Shown here: one piece after another, positions 60,579 through 64,000 of the stretch
How the letters are laid out: each line of letters opens with the position of its first letter
How positions within the stretch are numbered: position 1 is the first letter of the stretch
Sequence record: NC_007021.1
Length of the DNA: 64,000 bases
Reading direction: 5' to 3' (one strand)
DNA from: Staphylococcus phage Twort
Translations under genes and position numbers: made by a program
Notes under the pieces: model-generated
What the model saw: only the letters and a program-made list of their open reading frames with translations
Told to the model about the DNA's origin: nothing
Database searches by the model: none

Positions 60579-60767
60579 ATGATTAGTAGTATTTTAGTTA
60601 TAGTAGTAGGAGTTATCTTGTTTTTAGGAATGAGCTTTAACCTTATTTGGTTATTAGGGAATGCACTTAAAGAAAAGGATAAATATTTAATTACTTTAAG
60701 TGTTGTATGTAATGTAGTGTTTTGGTTATCTATAATTGTTATAGCTTTGAAGTATTTTGGATTATAA
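60579..60767 (+). CDS. small 2-TM membrane protein, YFGL family member 3
   Basis: MISSILVIV...NVVFWLSIIVIALKYFGL. Confidence 0.5.
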   Translation: MISSILVIVVGVILFLGMSFNLIWLLGNALKEKDKYLITLSVVCNVVFWLSIIVIALKYFGL

Positions 60768-60874
60768 TGTTTCCTAGAATCAAAATTTAGCCGTTTTTCG
60801 TAAAGGCTACGTGCAATCTACAGACGGGAATTATTTTTAGGTAGTATTTATCCTAGAAAATAGAATGAGTGTCA

Positions 60875-60906
60875 GAAGCGGTTTTCTATTCCGCTTCTTT
60901 TTTTTA
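60875..60906 (+). terminator. rho-independent terminator GAAGCGG-ttttctatt-CCGCTTC followed by T8
   Basis: Sequence inspection. Confidence 0.7.
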
Positions 60907-60914
60907 TATTATTG

Positions 60915-60943
60915 TTGACAGTGGTTAGGGTAAGTAGTATAAT
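60915..60943 (+). promoter_or_regulatory. promoter TTGACA-17-TATAAT
   Basis: TTGACA at 60915-60920, TATAAT at 60938-60943. Confidence 0.6.
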
Positions 60944-60963
60944 TGTAGTAGAGGTGATAAGGT

Positions 60964-61914
60964 ATGGATAAACATTTTAAAGGTAGAGAAGTTAATGTTG
61001 AAACTGGGGAAACTAGATATATGAACCCTATTTGGAGGCCTTTATTTGACCCTTCTGAGTACATATCTAAAGATATTATTAGTGGTAAACTAGAACGTAA
61101 AGAATTTGAAGAAAAGTTTTTTAATTTTATTACAGAGTTTCAAAGTAACCTAAGAAATAAGTATAATGCTAGTTTTGATGAAATAGGTAGATTACTAGTT
61201 CTAATGACTTATACAAATTATAGGGATATAGAGACGGGTCATCATTATCTGCTAACGGATAATAATAAAGACATGTCAATTAAAAATCTAAGTAAAATAT
61301 GGAAATTAGAGTTACAACAAACAAGGAATGTTAAAAGTATAATGAAGAAGAAAGGTATTATAGGAGAAGATGATGAAGGTTTATATATACCAGACGACAT
61401 TCTTATTAGAGGTAAAATATACCCTAAGGAGAAAAAAGAGTTAAATTACTATATAATATATGACAAACCTATAAGGGATTTGTATAATGGTTTAACAGAA
61501 AGTAATAAAAGAGACAGTGCCAAAGTAGTAGGATTATTTTTGTCTTTAGTACCATTCATTAAAGTATCATCAAGAAAAAAGAAAAATAATGAAAAAGGCT
61601 CTAATAATACTTTAGTTATGTCTGAGTGGGATAACGAAAATAAGCAATATAAACCTATAAGCAAAGTAAAATTATCCGAAGAACTGGGTATAAGTAGAAC
61701 TACAATGGATAGATATTTAGGTATACTCAACGCTAAGTCTAAAGAGGTCACTGGTAGATATTTACTGTATGACATTAAACCAACAGGATTAAACGAATTA
61801 GACAAATCTATTATGGTTATTAACCCTTATTATACTTATACACAAGGAACAGGAAGTAATTCTTTTAATATACTTGAGGAATGGATTAATGAAGCGGAAG
61901 AAAATAGTAAGTGA
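60964..61914 (+). CDS. hypothetical protein with C-terminal HTH (possible initiator/regulator)
   Basis: 316 aa. LSEELGISRTTMDRYLGILN is HTH-like. Lies directly upstream of a 3x 24-bp direct-repeat array. Confidence 0.35.
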   Translation: MDKHFKGREVNVETGETRYMNPIWRPLFDPSEYISKDIISGKLERKEFEEKFFNFITEFQSNLRNKYNASFDEIGRLLVLMTYTNYRDIETGHHYLLTDNNKDMSIKNLSKIWKLELQQTRNVKSIMKKKGIIGEDDEGLYIPDDILIRGKIYPKEKKELNYYIIYDKPIRDLYNGLTESNKRDSAKVVGLFLSLVPFIKVSSRKKKNNEKGSNNTLVMSEWDNENKQYKPISKVKLSEELGISRTTMDRYLGILNAKSKEVTGRYLLYDIKPTGLNELDKSIMVINPYYTYTQGTGSNSFNILEEWINEAEENSK

Positions 61915-61976
61915 TAGTATTTTAAATAGATACTTTATACTATGCGAGTGGTAGTTAGTATATTGTATACATATTT

Positions 61977-62087
61977 GAAAAATTGTCCATTCTGTATTAT
62001 AAGATACACAAGATTAATATAGCTCTGTATATGAAAATTGTCCATTCTGTATTATATTTTGGGAAAAATTGTCCATTCTGTATTATA
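61977..62087 (+). repeat. three direct repeats of GAAAA(A)TTGTCCATTCTGTATTATA (iteron-like)
   Basis: Copies at 61977-62001, 62033-62056 and 62063-62087. Confidence 0.8.
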
Positions 62088-62513
62088 CACATAAATCGTG
62101 AAACCCTTTGAGGGAGTAAGATGAAAGCATAATTTTCATAAGTTTTGCATCTACTTTTGTTAGTGGGATAATACATCTTGAACAGTACCTAACAAAAGAA
62201 TTAAAACCCTATGACTTATCTGAACTATTTCATAGTTCATCTAAGCCACTTACTTTCCAAACCTGCAAAGTAAGCAAAGAGGTGGAGGAATAAAACACCT
62301 TAAAACCGAGGTGTTTTACACCTCCTATTTTATTTATTTAGTAAACACAATAATTAATATTATATATAGTAATAAGTATAGTAAGTGTAATAGTAAAAAG
62401 GTTTTATAGTAAGTATAGATTACTCAAGATTAGTATTAGCATAGCGTAGTGGATTTTTATAATATACTTCTATGTCACGAAAAAACGATTTTCAATTAAT
62501 TACTCTTTATCTA

Positions 62514-62542
62514 TTGACACTCATTCCCTTATACCTTATAAT
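62514..62542 (+). promoter_or_regulatory. promoter TTGACA-17-TATAAT
   Basis: TTGACA at 62514-62519, TATAAT at 62537-62542. RBS AGGGAGG follows. Confidence 0.6.
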
Positions 62543-62574
62543 TAAACTATATTCAAATAAAGGGAGGAATAATA

Positions 62575-62847
62575 ATGAAAATTGTAGATAAAGGTTATTC
62601 AAGAGAAGAAATGGAAACAACTTGTAATTATGATTATATTAATGGGGAATGGGATATTTACACTACTGTACCAAAACATATTACAAAACTACTTAAACAA
62701 TATGGAGATAAGGTAGAAGTATTAGAAAAGATTGATGGAGGAAGAGAAGTAGCAGTCAGGGTTACTATTCAAGAAGATATTATTACATTTAGAAAAGTCC
62801 TTACTCAAGAAGAGAAGGATAAAAAGGCAAAAGGATTAAAGAAATAA
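62575..62847 (+). CDS. hypothetical protein
   Basis: 90-aa ORF. Confidence 0.4.
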   Translation: MKIVDKGYSREEMETTCNYDYINGEWDIYTTVPKHITKLLKQYGDKVEVLEKIDGGREVAVRVTIQEDIITFRKVLTQEEKDKKAKGLKK

Positions 62848-63033
62848 CGTATTTACTGTTTAAACGACCACTGTAGGTTAAATAAAAAACAAGAATATTT
62901 TTCTAAGGGGTTTTATCCTAGAATACGTTAAGTTAAATAATTACTAAGTAGACAAGTATAAATTTGAGATAAGAAGCGGAATATATTTAGGATAAAACTA
63001 TAAGTTCCGCTTCTACTATTAAAAGGAGATGTT

Positions 63034-63234
63034 ATGATGAATATTCAAGAGGCAAAGGATAAGTTGTTTGAATTATTTTTATCAGATTTAAAGAATTATG
63101 ATAATGATGTAATTGATAGTGATTTATGTAAGTTGATTGATGATATGGATGAGTTGTTTGATACACAAAACCTTAGATATACGGATAGTCAAGGAATCGT
63201 TTTATTTATTGAAGATTGGTTAGAGGGTAGATAA
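63034..63234 (+). CDS. hypothetical acidic protein (paralog of the 63378 N-terminus)
   Basis: IQEAKDKLFELFL vs EEQAKDKIYYELL. Confidence 0.4.
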   Translation: MMNIQEAKDKLFELFLSDLKNYDNDVIDSDLCKLIDDMDELFDTQNLRYTDSQGIVLFIEDWLEGR

Positions 63235-63377
63235 CCATAGGATAAATCATTTAAGATAAGTTACCTTGAGATAGTCTTATGATAAAACCCGTAAGATACA
63301 ATAGGATGCAATAGCTTATAGGATGTTAAGATACCTAAGTATAAATTTAAGATTATTATTGAAAAGGAGATTTTTAT

Positions 63378-63794
63378 ATGAATGAAGAACAAGCAAAGGA
63401 TAAGATATATTATGAGTTACTTTACACAGTACGTGAGTATGGAGGTACAGAAGCGGATTTATTAAAGCTTATTGATAGTTTTAGTTATTTAGATGGTAAA
63501 GCTCCCATGTTTATGAATCCAGAAATGGAAAGCTACTCAATTGAACAATTTCTTAATGAACAAAAGAGTAACTTAGAAAAGTATTTAGAAGCTCTAGATA
63601 TAAAATATAATAAAGTAATTGATATTACAGGAGCAGAGTATAAAATATTCGGTGGTAAGTTAGTAATACAAGAAGGAGATAATTATTATACTTTGTCTAT
63701 CAATGTAGATAATAGTCATGATATTACCTTATATAAGTTACCTTTTTACTCTATGTTAAGTATTATCATTGACAATAAATACAAATTTCAGTAA
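63378..63794 (+). CDS. hypothetical protein
   Basis: 138-aa ORF with AAAGGAGA RBS. Confidence 0.4.
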   Translation: MNEEQAKDKIYYELLYTVREYGGTEADLLKLIDSFSYLDGKAPMFMNPEMESYSIEQFLNEQKSNLEKYLEALDIKYNKVIDITGAEYKIFGGKLVIQEGDNYYTLSINVDNSHDITLYKLPFYSMLSIIIDNKYKFQ

Positions 63795-63805
63795 GTATAA
63801 ACTAA

Positions 63806-63842
63806 AGTCCTAGGGTGAAATAAGACACCTAGGACTATTTTC
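63806..63842 (+). terminator. rho-independent terminator AGTCCTAGGGTG...CACCTAGGACT followed by ATTTT
   Basis: Sequence inspection. Confidence 0.6.
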
Positions 63843-64000
63843 TATAAGAATCGGTTTTGACTAAGTATAAATTATCTTTCAGAAGTGAATAAGTAGCAAA
63901 AATCACTAAGTAGCAAAAAACCTTTCTACCCGAAAAATATATAGGGTAGTAGATTTCTAAATATTCTGACAATTTAGACAAAAGGGAGAGCGGTCATTGT

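Noticed and set aside
89-61805. All minus-strand ORFs in the track (e.g. 89-340, 7010-7330, 13455-13664, 31801-32145, 35709-36134, 61449-61805)
   Set aside because: Each lies antisense inside a well-supported + strand gene, lacks RBS and promoter, and has low-complexity or hydrophobic composition typical of antisense frames in AT-rich DNA. The whole window is transcribed rightward.
61977-62087. Possible CRISPR array
   Set aside because: Only three repeats, with unequal 30/56-bp spacing and no cas genes. Better explained as iterons or operator sites.
62100-62340. tRNA gene in the structured non-coding region
   Set aside because: No cloverleaf could be built: no 7-bp acceptor stem with a matching T-arm (GTTCRA-like) at proper spacing. 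The inverted repeats are long-loop hairpins instead.

Overview
Window of a large, AT-rich, virulent Firmicutes phage genome, resembling SPO1-/Bastille-like Bacillus myoviruses (Herelleviridae-like). Every credible gene is on the + strand; the minus-strand ORFs in the track look like antisense artefacts. The window contains three modules. (1) Baseplate and tail-fibre module (1-11.6 kb): a gp25/GPW-like protein truncated at the window edge, a baseplate J-like protein, and ~1,040 and ~1,150 aa fibre/adsorption proteins. (2) Replication, recombination and nucleotide-metabolism module (11.6-39 kb): an SF2 DEAH helicase whose P-loop is interrupted by a 420-aa intein carrying a LAGLIDADG endonuclease; a DnaB-like helicase; SbcD/SbcC; primase; an Hjc-like resolvase; a class Ib RNR set (nrdI, nrdE, nrdF, NrdH-like redoxin) in which nrdE is split into three exons by two group I introns, one carrying an HNH endonuclease; an HU/TF1-like protein; a family-A DNA polymerase; a gp32-like SSB; a RecA/UvsX-like recombinase; and a sigma factor. 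After these come Ig/FN3-domain genes, a metallophosphoesterase, and a TnpB gene with a truncated IS607-type tnpA remnant. (3) From ~51 kb to the end, a dense early/host-takeover-like region of more than 30 small ORFs, each with its own consensus sigma-A-type promoter (TTGACATTC-17-TATAAT/TATACT, often with an extended TGn -10), a strong RBS and a hairpin terminator. Notable in this region are a pentapeptide-repeat (Qnr/MfpA-like) protein, a paralogous family of small YFGL-ended membrane proteins, a lipoprotein, a ~1 kb purine-skewed non-coding region flanked by 17-nt direct repeats, and a three-copy 24-bp iteron array next to an HTH protein. No tRNA or CRISPR was seen.
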